A DNA stretch of 64,000 nt from Lytechinus pictus (GCF_037042905.1 NC_087245.1:4652001-4716000), one strand, 5' to 3'; shown: positions 27,370 through 41,214, counted from the stretch's first letter. Numbers and translations: made by a program. Notes: generated by a model not told the origin, from the sequence alone.

Positions 27370-28070
27370 CTTGACTCTGAGTCATGGATAAATCTGATTG
27401 AGAGGCAAAATATGCAAAAGTGCATTCGCCAATCAGGAGATGTTATCTATGCTCCGCTGATCACCTAATTATGACATTATCACACCAATGATGAGCCAAT
27501 GGTATCTAGTTCAACATCCACTTCATCTGATGGCTCTCCGCCCCTTTTGACAAGAAAGCAGTATATTCCTTTTGTCTTGAAGCAATATAGTTTGAATGTT
27601 TGTCTATCTCATTAAGATCCCAATCTGTACAGTCCACAGCTAAATCGTAAACAACACCTATGGATCTCCCTTTGCTCAAACAAGGGAGCCCTTCTTCTTT
27701 TTTCATACCTGCTCGATCTAAATGGAGAATTTTTAGCCCAGAAAGACCCTAAAAGTTATTCTCCTTCGTTGAAAACTGGGGTATCCTAACTAGGAAATGG
27801 GAAGTTAAAACAACTTTCCAATCACTTTAGTCTGCCTCTCATATGGGATTGTATTATCTCTACAACTATTGGCTAGAAGAGACACGCTGTGTATCTGTGT
27901 GTGTGCACACGCACGTTTCAGAGGACCAAGCACAGACTCATGAATATTAATGTTGATTGACATTTATTATCAGCCAATCAGAGAGCAGGCTGCAAGTCCA
28001 TTGACAAGTGCATTGGTTCATATTATAATACTTCTTTTCCTCTCTCTCTCTCTCTCTCTCTTTCTCTTTC
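27370..28070 (-). promoter_or_regulatory. Putative Osr promoter upstream of the 26394-26481 exon
   Basis: CCAAT at 27429, 27485, 27496 and 27974; AP-1 TGAGTCA at 27378; TGATTGAC near 27955; (GA/TC)n at about 28040-28062. Confidence 0.45.
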
Positions 28071-29654
28071 CGCTGGTGGGATACCAGTAGTAGTGTTTGG
28101 CAATACAACCAGGGATAAACCAGGGAAGTAGTCATTTCTTTCTTTTACCTAATTATAACATTCTTTCTCCATCTCTCTCTCACTCTCTCCTTTGTCCTTT
28201 TCTCTCTTTTTCTCCTAACATAGCCTTCTAAAATCTAACTATTTAAAACTGTATATTGTGATTCTTGATGTTTTTTTTATTAAAATAATAGTTATAAAAA
28301 AAAATATTTGTTTTTAAACTGTTCAAGGAAATTAATTTATCTTTATTATTATTTTCATTTGTAATCAATCAAATTTTCAGGACTACTGGCGTTTTATTTT
28401 TTCTATCTTTTAAAAAGAAATAAGACTTGCAATTTAAGTAGATTTACAAAGTATGATTAAAAAGAAATGTTTGGAAATATCTCTAGTTTTCATACCCTTT
28501 GGTTTGAAATCCATGAAAGAACACATTGTATATATAATGTCATGATACAAAATTGAAATGGGACGCACAATATGCAAAAAACGGCTTCACCCAAATTATT
28601 TTCAAGACTAGAATACCTGGAATGATATTTTACAAGATTATTAATTGTCATTAAACACAGAAATTTTAACGGTATATTACTTTTTCATAAATTAGTAAAT
28701 ACAACAATGGTGGAATGCCCATAAGAGATTTGGTGAGAATGCACATTATTTTTCATGTTTCGTTAATTAATTTTTTTCCTCAAAATATTTATTTCATCTA
28801 CTTTCCGCCTTCTCTACTTCCTCTCCTGAACTTTTATTTTTTTTTTAGAAAAAGGTTTTTTCTTCTTTTCTCCTTCTTCCCTCTTTATATTCTGATCAGT
28901 CTCTCGTTCTCTATCGATCTGTCCTTCCTATTAACTCTTATAGACCTGTACGCTCACACCAAAATGAGGGTTAGTAGGCCATTAAAATGAAGGAAAAACA
29001 AAACACATTGCCCACCAAATACTCCTATGCACACAGAAAGAAATCTGGCCATACAGCAGGCCAGCAGTGACGAATGAAGCTGTAATTTAGAGTAAATGTT
29101 TGCCCGGGCTGCTGGGTCGTGCAGCTCATCCATTCATCACAATTAGCAGCAAAACACAGAGAGAAAACAATTCCAGCCTGAACTTCCGATATTTTGTATC
29201 AATTCTATTGTAAGGGTAGGTTTGTTTGCAGATGAGGGGCCAAAGCAGAGACCAAGGAAGGTCCCCCCCCCCCCCCCGAAAAGAATCTTAACATAGCCAG
29301 TAGGATTGTGCATTAGGCAGTAAAGTGTTAAATTGGGAAGGTAAATGAGAATAAAAACTCCAAGTCTCTATGCCATTCTTTTTATAGTAGAGACAGATAT
29401 ATTTTGAAAAAGAAATAATCATTGTTTGACGAAAGGCTGCTATATGAAACTGACAATCTATGAAGGTATGTACTTAGAGGTATGAAGGTTCAGGTATAAA
29501 AACAGCTGGATATGATCTTTCATGCCCTTTTTTTTAATTTAATCTAATTTTTGATAAAGAAATTCAGTTGCTGTCAAGGAATTACAACATTTATGTGATT
29601 GCTCACTTTTCATTAACTCTCTGATGATATTAACAATTTAACTAGCACATCAAT

Positions 29655-30570
29655 AATGTGGAGCTCATCCGGCATCTCGCAACAAAATTTAACACAATTT
29701 TAATTTTAGCCCAGTTGACACTGTAGTGAATTACATTGGTGACATAAATTGAGGATATAGAATTGACATTGATGAAGAAATGACATAGAAGCATTTTTTG
29801 TGATCTATGAATAAATTTCATATAAATTAAGCATAAATGATTTTCTAGTCAAAATTTCTAAACTCTGTGTAGAACCTTGGTGAACTCATGTAGCTCTCAG
29901 ATGGAACAAAAATAATCAAAATCAATCAACAAAATAAATAAGTATTTTTTGTGAGTTTTGAAAATATATGAATAAATTAGCATATTTAATTAGTCTCGAA
30001 ATTCTGAGATGAAATTTTGTATCTCCACCTCGAGCTATCATATAAAGCAAACAAAATTGAAATTGATCAATAAATGAAGAAGAAAAAGTGTTTTTTGTGA
30101 TTTATGAATAAACTTTGCATAAATTAGCATAAATATTTTCTAGACAAAATTTCAAAATTTTGTGTACAAGTTTGGTGAACCTCATGCAGCTCTACCAGAT
30201 GGAAGGAAAAAAAATCAAAATCTGTCAACAAATAAAGAGGCATTTTCTGTGATTTATGAATACATTTCGCATAAATTAGCATAAAATAATTTTCTACTGA
30301 AAATTTCAAAATTCTGTGTAGAAGTTTGGTGAACCTCATTAAGTTCTACCAGATGGAAGAAAAAAAATCAAAATTGGTCAGTAAATAAAGAAGCATTTTT
30401 TTTTATTTTGAAAAATGCGCATAAATTAGCATATTAAATGAGTTTCAAAATTCTGTGTAGAAGTTTTGAATCCCCCACCTAGTGCTATCATATGTAGCAA
30501 ACAGAATTGAAATCGGACTTGAAATGGTGAAGAAGAAGCATTTTGAAATTGTGGACGGACGACGGACGCC
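29655..30570 (+). mobile_element. Tandem-repeat-bearing non-autonomous element, Helentron/HINE-like
   Basis: About five related units of roughly 150 bp (order A-B-A-A-B; core gcataaattagcata...caaaattctgtgtagaag) ending in GGACGGACGACGGACGCC. The family assignment is inference. Confidence 0.6.
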
Positions 30571-31445
30571 ACTCCAACAATTTGAAAAATCACTCCACCA
30601 TATAATGATCACCAACTTCTGTGGTTATTTAATCAAGATATACACAATGTGACAGAGGGGTACTAACTGCTGTAATTAAAACAAGAAAAAATGGAAAAGA
30701 TGAAGAAATTAAAAAAAATGGGTATTTCATTCAGATATTCTGTCTTCCATTTTATCTGTGCCATTTACCATGCTGTAAAGTATAATAATAAAAATTCATT
30801 TATGACATTACAACCACACATTCCAGATAGGCCTAGTGATTTGGTCAAACTCTATTATGCTAAAACTCTCCTATTTTGAGTATTAATGTGTCAAGAACCT
30901 ATTGCAAGGATCATTCTTTACAGGAATAGACATGGGGTTCTTACAGTAATTTGATGTTCAGTCCCCCCACATACCCCAATAGCCTAATGGACAGCGGTTG
31001 GTAATAGTATAGGGAAAGATGACATTAATAGATGACTTGGATCATATACCTAATACATTACCATTAAACTGATGGTGAACTATGGTATCATTGAACAGCA
31101 ATTTGATATCTATGGTATGCAGTAAAATCAAATAATCAGAAATAGACATCATCATTATGGTAGTGATAGCTTTTACCCCTCATTTGGAACATCAATCTTT
31201 CTACCCCTTTGAGGTAAGATGTTCTCTAAATTTCATGATCTGAAAATTAATTCTGATCAAAATCAAATCCATTTCTCAAAATAAAAAATTACCCCTCAAA
31301 AATGTAAATTGTCTTATGTCCCTTCTAAAACTGTTTGAATAATATAAACTACACTATATACCAAAATATCTTCATCAATGAAATCTTCAATTACAAATGC
31401 AGCCTGGATGTATTCATTAGAATTGTATTCATATCCTATATCATC

Positions 31446-31655
31446 CAGGGGCGGATCCAGGATTTTCAAAAAAGGAGGTGGGCACATTTTCCCAAGGAAA
31501 AATTTGACAAGCAAAATAAAAGGTATTCACTTTCAAAGGGGGGGGGGGGCACCCTTCTGTTTTAATGGCATTTTTACATTACAAATTTTGATTGTGCCTC
31601 TCAAAGGGGGGGGGGCACGGACCAGCTTTGCCCCCCCACCCTGAATCCGCCAGTG
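31446..31655. mobile_element. hAT-like MITE
   Basis: TIRs CAGGGGCGGATCCAGG / CCTGAATCCGCCAGTG. 8-bp TSD atatcatc / atataatc. Confidence 0.85.
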
Positions 31656-32028
31656 ATATAATCGTAGCATTAGAAAAAAAATACATCATTAACTTTGAAA
31701 ATAAAGACAAAATATTACAAATCTTATTCATCCTATAAATAAGAGTAATGTATGTAGATGAAATGGCTGGCTCAAGGGCTTAAATACTGTTAATGTTTAT
31801 TTCTTGTCCTTTAACCACTTTTCTAAAATACTTAATTGTCTGAACATTGAAAATAATTTAGATTTTTATAAAGAGAGTAATAGAAGAGATTTCAAATGAA
31901 ATGTTTCTATTTCTTAAGAATGATATTGCACAACAATCTTTTAAACTTTTAAACATTTGCCTCAGTATATTCATAATTTTACTTACAAAAATAACATCAG
32001 GTAGGCATATATTTTCCTATTAAGTCCA

Positions 32029-32190
32029 GGGGGCCGTTTAAAGCTGTTTGAAAGTTAAGAGCGACTTTAAGAACGACTGGTGATCCATTCTTTTGCGCTA
32101 AACCATCGCCAATGAATATACCATTTACCACAAGAAAGGGTCACCAGTCGCTCTTATAGTCGCCCTTAACGTACGAAAAGCTTTATGAAC
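32029..32190. mobile_element. Short palindromic MITE
   Basis: Arms aaagctg...ttaagagcgact...cgactggtga / tcaccagtcg...agtcgcccttaa...agcttt fold back on each other. Confidence 0.75.
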
Positions 32191-32268
32191 AATACAATGT
32201 CATTTCTCATCAATTTATGAAGCATTGCTTCTGGATGTAACACATACTGCATATTTTGCTGGTAGTAC

Positions 32269-32291
32269 CAAGGAGTTACCAGCACTCCTTG
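32269..32291. mobile_element. 23-bp TIR remnant with 7-bp TSD GTAGTAC (P/Galileo-like footprint)
   Basis: GTAGTAC-CAAGGAGT-TACCAGC-ACTCCTTG-GTAGTAC; the TSD copies are at 32262-32268 and 32292-32298. Confidence 0.72.
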
Positions 32292-35200
32292 GTAGTACTA
32301 ATGTTCCTGGTAATGTTCTAACCTTTATGACCTATCATCAATAAAAGGGACACAACTCACATTCCAAGCACTTTAGGGTTAAGGGGGCTTCATGATATAT
32401 ATCAACCAAGTGCCCTTTCACATATGCTATTTTGGGTCTCATTCTGACATTTTTTGTCCTTTGTCCAATGGGGTAGGATGAGGAAAGGGTAGGTTGTTTA
32501 TAACATGTTTGTTTTAGTAATTGTTCTCATTTTATTATTGTAACTGTTCTATAGAACATAATAGATTATTCAACGTCATTGGGAGAATTCAATTCTTGTT
32601 GTATATTATCAGATCTTTCACATCAAAATCTTAATTATTTAGTTTTCTTCTTATTCTTTTTCTCAGCAATTATCGATGCTTCTATTTTTGTGCCAGCCAT
32701 AACATAGGTTTATATACCTTACATTACTTACTAGCAGAAGCAGCAAAATACTTCAAAAAAAAATCTACTGAGACAGAGATAACCAATTAAGTCAGTTGAA
32801 TCTGGAAAGAAAGTGCATTCTTTTTAAAATATTCTGCTTTAATCTGTACCTTCAACATCTTACCAAGGAATTGATCTTGTCTGTTATGTATACCAGTGTC
32901 ATGGGTGTATCCTACCAAACAAAGGGGTAATAGAGTTACACCCTACCGAATATCCATCTGGGCTAATTGGTACTTGGGCACCTAGGCAATGTGTCATTCT
33001 ATTCCCCAAGAAACCTGTCAAGTATTTTGCTTCATCTAATTCATTCCCTGAAAGAGTAATTTATATTATTCTATCTCTTCCTCTCTTATAGATTCTAGAA
33101 TTTACCTTGAAAGTTTTATCATCCCCTTCTATTTTTTCATATGAATGATTTAATGATTACTATGATCAACAGTTCAAGTAACATGGATGGACTCCAAACA
33201 TTCTGTCCTTGATGTTTGACAATCATACAATATCACCATGAAATAATTCATTTCTATCTATCCTCTAATACAGCACAGATGTCAAGCATGCAGTGATCTT
33301 CCTTATGATACAAACCAATCTGAATGAAGGAATTCAGTAGTCAGCAGGTTAACATACAAATCTATGCCAAACAATATGACAAGATGAAAGCTAACAATGT
33401 ATGAAGGGTAACTGGTAGCAGCCAGTTTTATTTGTCAAGATTTATTTGTTTTAGGGGCTGTAAAATAAACCATTCACCAAACACCTGGATTTCTTCTTTT
33501 TTTAACTCATCATTCAACTAGCTACCATTATATATATTTTTTTTTTCTTTCCTTTTTTCTTTCTTTTTTTCGTATTTGAAACCATGTCAAGTCAGGCACA
33601 GGGGCACTCCAAAATCACACTTCATTGGGTTTTGATAACACAGTTTCTTATGTAACTAAATACTTGAACTTTACAATAATACTTTACAAATATGACTGCT
33701 ATAAGAGACAGGCTTTTTTTCATAGGCTCAACAGGCCTAAAAGCCTGGCCTGTTATAAAATCAAACATATTTTTTTCTCTGAATATATTTAATGGCCAAT
33801 GGTTAATGACACCATGGAGGTAACATCACCTTTCAACTTCCTTTAGCAACGCCCTCTTTGAATTTATTATAAATCAAGAATTGTCATAATGATTAAACAA
33901 TATGCCAAATTTACATTGGTTCAACATTTTGACCACAATCTGGACAGTGTATGTTTCCTGATAGTATTTCCCTTTTACTACCATGAATTTGATTGGTGGT
34001 AATGACAAAATTGACATTTTTGTAAATGAAAATTTGAATAAATTTAAAATGTAATGTAAAGATTTAGCAAAACAATCCAGGCACAATTTATTTGCAATTT
34101 CCATCAATCTGTTTCTCATGATTTTTCAGAACTCCCCCAGAAGATAAGCCACTTTGACTGAAAAGGGACGATCCAGGTCATGTGTGGAGAAATTATGAAT
34201 AAATTAAATTAAAATACATAAATGAAACTATTGGGTTACCATGTACTCTTCACACAAGAGAGAAACTAATTCCTATATAGATGTATCAAATGGTGCTGTA
34301 ATGATGGTTCACAGTAAACCTTCAGATCATTAACCCTGTACAAATGTCAACCACTCTCTTCTGCAGATGGTATCAAATTTCTAACATTAATACCAAACAA
34401 AACACTCCATCATTATTTGTGAACTTATTCCTCCCACACCCCTCCCCATCCACACACTACCTCAGTTCAAAGTCACCTCAAACGATCAATCTACATGAAA
34501 AATCAACAAGTTGGAAAGGCTGCTACAACTGGCGCTTTTTCGGTAAGATCAAAGGAGATGTTGACACAAATGAGGGGTTGGATAAGAGTTAATGATGCTA
34601 ATTTGGGAATTGATAAGTAAACTCTACTTCTTTCGGCACCCTAGACAGAGAAGGGATGATTATGTTAATAGGGTGTTTGTGGGGTCGTTCAGGTTAATAA
34701 GATGTATAGGCTGATTCATCTGAGAGCTATTTTTATGTTAATATGTATAAAAAAAAAAAATAATTGGAGTTTGAAGTAAGCATAATGGAAGTATACTTAC
34801 TCATTGGCATAGCAACACAACTGACTCACTATATAGCTCATATTTTCAGATTTTTTAAGCACCCTAAATTAATAACAATAACTAAAAATTTCTCTAGACA
34901 CACTAAAAAGTTATGTATACCATCATATTCTGCCTACCCCCTTTTTTAAACACATGTTGATTTTTATTATTTAAAAAAAAATTCTCAAATCTCAAATCTA
35001 TGATGGCAAGCTAATGGGTACTGTTAAAGAAAAAAAAAAGAATTTACCGAAACACACATTTCCATTTTAGGGTAAAAATTACTCTACAATTTCATTTAGC
35101 CCCTGCATTTCTTTATTAGCAGTCATTAGGCATCGTTTTACAAATCAGAATTGTCTAAAAACTTACAACCTCAAAAGCTCCAGATATTGTATTTTTGTTA

Positions 35201-35747
35201 CAATTCAGCAAACTGCCTAATACAGTAATCGGGGGTGCCAATTCTGTCCAAAATGTCCTCTCCAAATTCAGCTGTATACGCATAGTTTAAAACATTACTT
35301 ATTATTAATGTTTTTATTTTTGAAAACACTAATCGAATGTTCATTTTGCACACATTCAATTATTCTAAAGATAGTTCATGTTCCGAAATTGTCAAATCAA
35401 TATCTTTTTAAATTTTCCTCTCTGAAAAATTATGAAATTAACAGAACATTAATTCAGTTAAAAGATAGAACCCCTATAAATTAAAAACAAGTGACCTAAT
35501 GCATCACAGTTTGAAATAAATCATCACTTGTTACCAATGCAGACACAGAACTTTAGAAAATTAAAACAACTTTTTTGTGTGTGAAATGAGACAATTTGGT
35601 ATACCAACACAACACTTAACTATATATAAATGAAAATATAAACTTTACTTTTTATACTCAAGACTGGAAAACACATATATCTTTTTGGCTGGAAAATTAA
35701 TGTAGACTTATCTGCATTATTAAATAATTGATAGCATTTTCACTTAC

Positions 35748-35751
35748 CCAT
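35748..35751 (-). CDS. Osr: Candidate alternative first exon of Osr, coding part ATG-G only (M-E-LKK...)
   Basis: gaaATGG|GTAAGTG is a strong donor in phase 1, in frame with the main exon. Upstream 35752 to about 36450 is CpG-containing, UTR-like sequence with an Inr-like TCAGTC near 36348. Confidence 0.45.
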
Positions 35752-37714
35752 TTCAGAATTTCCAAGAGAAAAAAGGACCTGATAGGGCGTCACATACATT
35801 ATTGAACAATCTTGCCACGTTAAAGCCTCAAATGTACAGAAAAAATGTTCTAGACATAGAAAGTTTCTCAAGAAGTCAAGATGCCACTGAAATGAAGAAA
35901 ATCTAGTTTAGAGTCAGCAAAATGATGAGAAAATGAAGTACAACAGGATACAACCAAGACTTCTTTACTGCGGAGTTCAGACACAAACCAGTGATAAACA
36001 AGACAGTAGCAAACTAAAAAATAAATCGGCAATTGCGCTTCTTTTAATCGCTCCGTGTAGTCATGTGTGGTCTCTGCACCACTTCTCTGGCCAATTCACC
36101 AAAAATAACAGTTCCATTTTAAATCTCTTGTGATGTTTTATTTCCTCTTGGTGTATCTTACAAAAGGAGGAAGCAGGTATTTCTGAATCAAATAGTTTTC
36201 TAGGAGAGATAAAGTGGTCGTAAAAATCACTGGTTGATATAGAAAAAATTGAGGGCTGTGTTCGGTTGGGTGTACTGTTATAATCAAATAGAGCATAGGT
36301 GTGAAGTCGTTGGATAGAATCAAGTGAGTATGTTTTTGTGTGTGACTGATTTGATGAATTGAATCTGTATATTAGTCACAGTGATCACTCAAAGATGAAG
36401 TAGACGTTAAGAGTTTCTTGAGAGTGATTCAAAGTTCGGTAATCACACTGTTTACTACTAGATGAAGTCTGACCCATTAAACTTTTCATCCACCATAATC
36501 TATGTTTATTCATAGAGACAAAAATAATCCTATCACTTTCTTGATTTTACATTAAAAATACTTAAATAAAGGCAGGTATATCCACCCATTTTTCAAATAC
36601 AGATAGGCATATCTCAAAACATTAAAAGCACACCAAGCATAAGACATTGTTTTGATAATGTGGGTATTTCATGAAGCCCGTTGGCTATGATTGCACTAAA
36701 AATGGTAATAAGTGACTGAAATGCTTGCATCTAAATGGCTGAGAGTAATTAGTCAGAGAAAATTAGTTTTTATAACAAGGTAAAGCAGTCTTGAAAACTA
36801 CATCGCGAGGTGTTCTTTGGTTGCAAGTCCTTTTCGAGCATTTCCATTTTGGTTTCCACTAAACTGGTTTCCAATATTAGTTTTAGGAGTTAGGTATGAA
36901 CAGGGTCTTGGTACTAGTGGTGGGGAGGTGTATTAGATAAAGCAATGAAGGCTTCTAAAATATCTGTCCCTGCTCTCTTTCTACTAACTTTTTCCTGATT
37001 GTCAATTTTATTGGAAACGATTGATAACTTGGCTCATAATCTTCTACATATATGAGGTGGGAAATACATAAAAAAACAACTGAATTAAATAAAATATATG
37101 CCCAGCTTATCAAAGAGTATCATCCTCATGGCTTTCAAACTGATTAAATCAAATTTCCGGTCCCACTATTTTTCTTTACTTTTCTCTATTTTTCCTCATC
37201 TACTTGCAATCCCTGTATTTGAATAGTCAAAGTGATTCAATAGATTGTTTATATCCACTACCAGTTAGCGGATAAGTGCTGCAAACTGACTCATTTTCTG
37301 GCTGAGTAATTTTACCTCAAAGTCTGATTCTGAACCTAAAGGATTTACACCTTTTTGGAATTTTGCTGGAAATTTTTTTGTAGAACTTGTTGACGTTGAG
37401 GGTATATAGACGAATAAATCGCCAATAAAATAACAGATGATAAGAATGAGTACCCCAATTACCAGCTCTGCTGAGGGAAGGACAGTTTTGTGATGCTGTT
37501 CATGAACAACTTTACTCATTATTGGAATATGAAGAGCACAAATGTGATTATATTTTCAGACTTCAAACAAAGGATAACAATTATGCTAAATAACTTCAGC
37601 TGAAGTCGCATCTGATAGCATGAATCACACTCGGCCTATTTCCTTTTCTCACAATCCAATATCCATTTTACTTTATTCTGTATGTTTTAAATATATTTAT
37701 TAGTATAAACTCAC

Positions 37715-37727
37715 CTGTATTTATCAT
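37715..37727 (-). CDS. Weak candidate first exon (MINT-E)
   Basis: ATG ATA AAT ACA G|GTGAGT has a perfect donor and is phase 1. The context is AT-rich with no promoter features, so it could be chance. Confidence 0.18.
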
Positions 37728-38829
37728 TTACTTTTGGCCATAGAGACCAGCATTTTAAGAAGCTCTGATTCTGTGCTGGTTTCTGTTAACATTTAAGGTT
37801 TTTTTCAATCTGATAAAAATGTGCTGTAATATCTTTCTTTAACATTTACTAGTAAATTGTTATTGATCATTAATGTGTATAATGATATTTTTTAAAGGAA
37901 AAAATCTTCTTCTTCTTCTTCCCTTAACTCTTTCACCTACTACCTTACTCCACATATCTCCCTCTCACTCTAACATGTCTAATGAGAACAAATTATTCAA
38001 CAATAATGAAAACACAATTAAAATAGCAACAGAATAATATACACAACTTAACATTAATAGATGAAGTAAAAGACCTCATGTTTCACATGTGAATCTTATC
38101 TTCATTGATTGTTGTTTCACAAAACTATACATCTGAATATCACCTCTGTTTTGTTTTCCTTTCATGTTATTCTAAACCACATTAACAGTTTTTTTAACAC
38201 ATTATCAAATAATGGACTAATCTGATCAATTCGTAAAAAAAAAAATCTTCACCTAAATCATGACCGAAGCATAACGTAAATATGATATGAAACTAAAACA
38301 AAAGGAAGAGATCTGTAAACTTTAAAAGTTTATGACTAACTGCTCAAGAGTCCTTGGTCTACACATGGGTCACGTTACACATTGATTTTTTTGGGAGAAA
38401 TTTTGGGACTAGATTACCTGTGCATCAACAATGATTTTTAGACGAGAGTGAGTTTATCATCTTTATTAATTCCCAAATATATTGTTAATAATGTTTTGGT
38501 CTGTGAGAATGCAAATTCATAATAAAAGAAGCCAACATCAACTTTCATTTCAAAATTTCACCCTTAAGTTTCCTTTTTCAGTGATGCACACTATACTGTA
38601 TTATCAACGGTTGAGTTCAAATTATATTCATCCACACTGGTTTGCCTGACATAGATTTAAAGCTCCCTTGCAAGGAAGTATAGTAAGCTACTAAATTAAA
38701 AATGCCAAAACATATAATAGTGTCCAGGTATGGGTGTAGTTTAAGTAATTCAAATACAGTATTGAATCAACCATCTATGCAACATGAAGATAGTGAAAGG
38801 GCTTATGAAATATTCACAAATATATGTAA

Positions 38830-39583
38830 GGGTGCGTTTATGCACCACTTTTTAACCCTAGAATCATGATTCAAATCATGATTCTGCAGAATCAAGATTA
38901 CGTTTAGTCAAAAGTGAAAATAAACGTCTTTCAAATCACAAACATGAAACACGGAAAAAGGGGCGTTTGGGAAGACGTTTCTGAAGAATCACGAGCGAAA
39001 AAGATCGTATAAACGCAATCGTGATTTGAATCATGATTCTATGATGTCACTGTGTTTGGCTGCTTCCTGTTTGACTCTTGCCAAGCTCAAGGCATGTGCT
39101 ATTATGTGCTACGCATGCATTTCTGTGTAGGTTATCGCATCATCCACTGTTTTTTTTTTTTTTTGTCATGGCTTTAACTGCAAGTTCTAGTAAATTAACT
39201 AACTGGACAGACAATGATCTCAGTTGTTGAGTTTACAATGTCAATATTACATTGGATCACGCTGAAATTCACTTCGAACACCATTTTCGATAAACTGACA
39301 AGATAAATAAAAGTAAACAAAATGAGGTATAATAGACTGAATATTGGAAGCAAAAGATTGATTTTTCGAGAGCCGAGACACGTGCGAAAAGTTGACCTAT
39401 ACTTCTTGGGTCTGCGCACTGTGATGCGCACTTGATCGGCCCGAATCAGAGGAGAAACAGCGTTAGAATGAAGGTCGTCTAAATGCTGATTCTGTAGTAT
39501 TGTGATTCATGTTTGTGTTTTGAATCATGATTCAGATCATCATTCAAATCGTGATTCTGGCTTGAGGTCGCATAAACGCAGCC
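38830..39583. mobile_element. PIF/Harbinger-like non-autonomous element
   Basis: TIRs GGGTGCGTTTATGC / GCATAAACGCAGCC (13 of 14 match), TAA TSD at 38827-38829 and 39584-39586, and repeated subterminal AATCATGATT palindromes. Confidence 0.85.
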
Positions 39584-40522
39584 TAAGAGAAAAGTTGTTA
39601 ATCAATGTAGCAGTCGTATGGATTTTGCATAAATTTATCCAAATGAAGTTTTTTAAAAATGCCAGAGATTAATAACTTGTTAACTTTGCAATCAAATCAT
39701 TGATGATCCTTTAAACTCAGTACAATAATCCTTTAAAATTGGATATTGTTTACATGCATCTCTAGAACAAAGTAAATATAGGAATATATTAATTCATATC
39801 AACAATGAAAGTACTAACATTTCAGCCATCATAACAACAGTCATCTTTGATACAACATTTCTGCTTTAATACTTCCACTTATTAACAGGAAAGAGGGCTA
39901 AAAAGTCAAATAACCTTGGATATTGCTAAGCATATGGTATTCTAAAGGGGTACAAAAGCAATCCATAAAATTTATTATTAGAGTAAACAAACTGTCAATT
40001 TTTTGAGAGGGGAAAACACATTGATTTCTTTACTGGATGGTATTGCAATCCACATATTGAGGAAGTCACTTAAGTGATGCATTATTTCTCCAGATAATTG
40101 CACAGCTTTGGTTTCATAACCTAGTATTGCCCTTATTTTTGGTAACACAAAGAGAGAGAAAAAAAAAGACTTTAATATTTGATGAAAACATTTTTTTGTA
40201 AAATCAGAGTTTAGAACACACACACACAAAACCCCCAGTTGTTGGGAACTTGGGAGTAGACACTCCAGTGTTTTAAGTTAAATGACCTTAATGGGGAACA
40301 CAGGTGTCTCCATATTCCCATTATCTATTTCAAGAATTATATTAAACAACATATTATAAACAAGATTGTACTTCTAATAATCAATGATCATAAGCTGATC
40401 TTTCTGAAGTGTGGAATTATTGCTTTAGTGAGCAAAACATGGAGTTGTGTGTGAGCAGTGTTACAACCGATAATATCGCACCAACGCATAATGTCGCAGA
40501 ATGAGACATTATGCCAAGAGCG

Positions 40523-41023
40523 ATTGTACAACGCCTACTTAGCTTGTTGTACGCGAGCAAATGGGAGGCTGAATGTCAAACATTCGTACCGTTGCACAAA
40601 AGACGTACCATCCAAAATGTACCGTTGCACGGCTTTAGGAGGTGACGTCACAATACGATTCAATTCATTGCGCTTAGTAAAAATGCAGGTGCAATACGCG
40701 TATAGCCTGCTGGCTAAATGCGCAATGCTGCCCGAGGTGTTCGCTTGTGGGATTTTGCTTTTCGCTTTTCATATTTTTGCTCCTTTTTCATAGATTACTG
40801 CAAGAAAAACTCTTTGTTTTTTCATAAATTCGCTAAACTCCGAGGCGTTGTACAACACAAATAGCGAATATTCTTATTCGTGCAATGGTGCGAGATTTCG
40901 CATTCGGTGAAAGAAAGAAACACTCTATTCAACTCGGCTAACGCCTCGTTGAATAGAGCATCTTTCTTTCACCTCATGCGAAATCTCGCACCAACGCACT
41001 CATGCCTATTCGCTATTTGTATA
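40523..41023. mobile_element. Insert of about 500 bp without evident TSD, made of two inverted-repeat modules
   Basis: It interrupts the left arm of the host between gagcg and ccgacgc and is absent from the right arm. IR ttgtacaacgcct/aggcgttgtacaa plus a hairpin of about 160 nt at 40858-41020. Confidence 0.7.
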
Positions 41024-41214
41024 CCGACGCATAATGTCGTAGTTTTTCTAACGCATAACGTCACATGTCGCAACGCATAATGTCACAGCAAATTTCTAAC
41101 ACATAACGTCACATGTCGCAACGCATAATGTCACAACGCTTTTTGCTCCAGGACCGTCGAGTTACAGATAAGATATAAACTATGATTTAACTCAGTATAT
41201 TATTCAAATAACTG

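Noticed and set aside
34801..34810. ATG CCA ATG A|GTAAGT phase-1 candidate
   Set aside because: No promoter or UTR-like context and a weaker exon-side match; kept as an example of the chance background.
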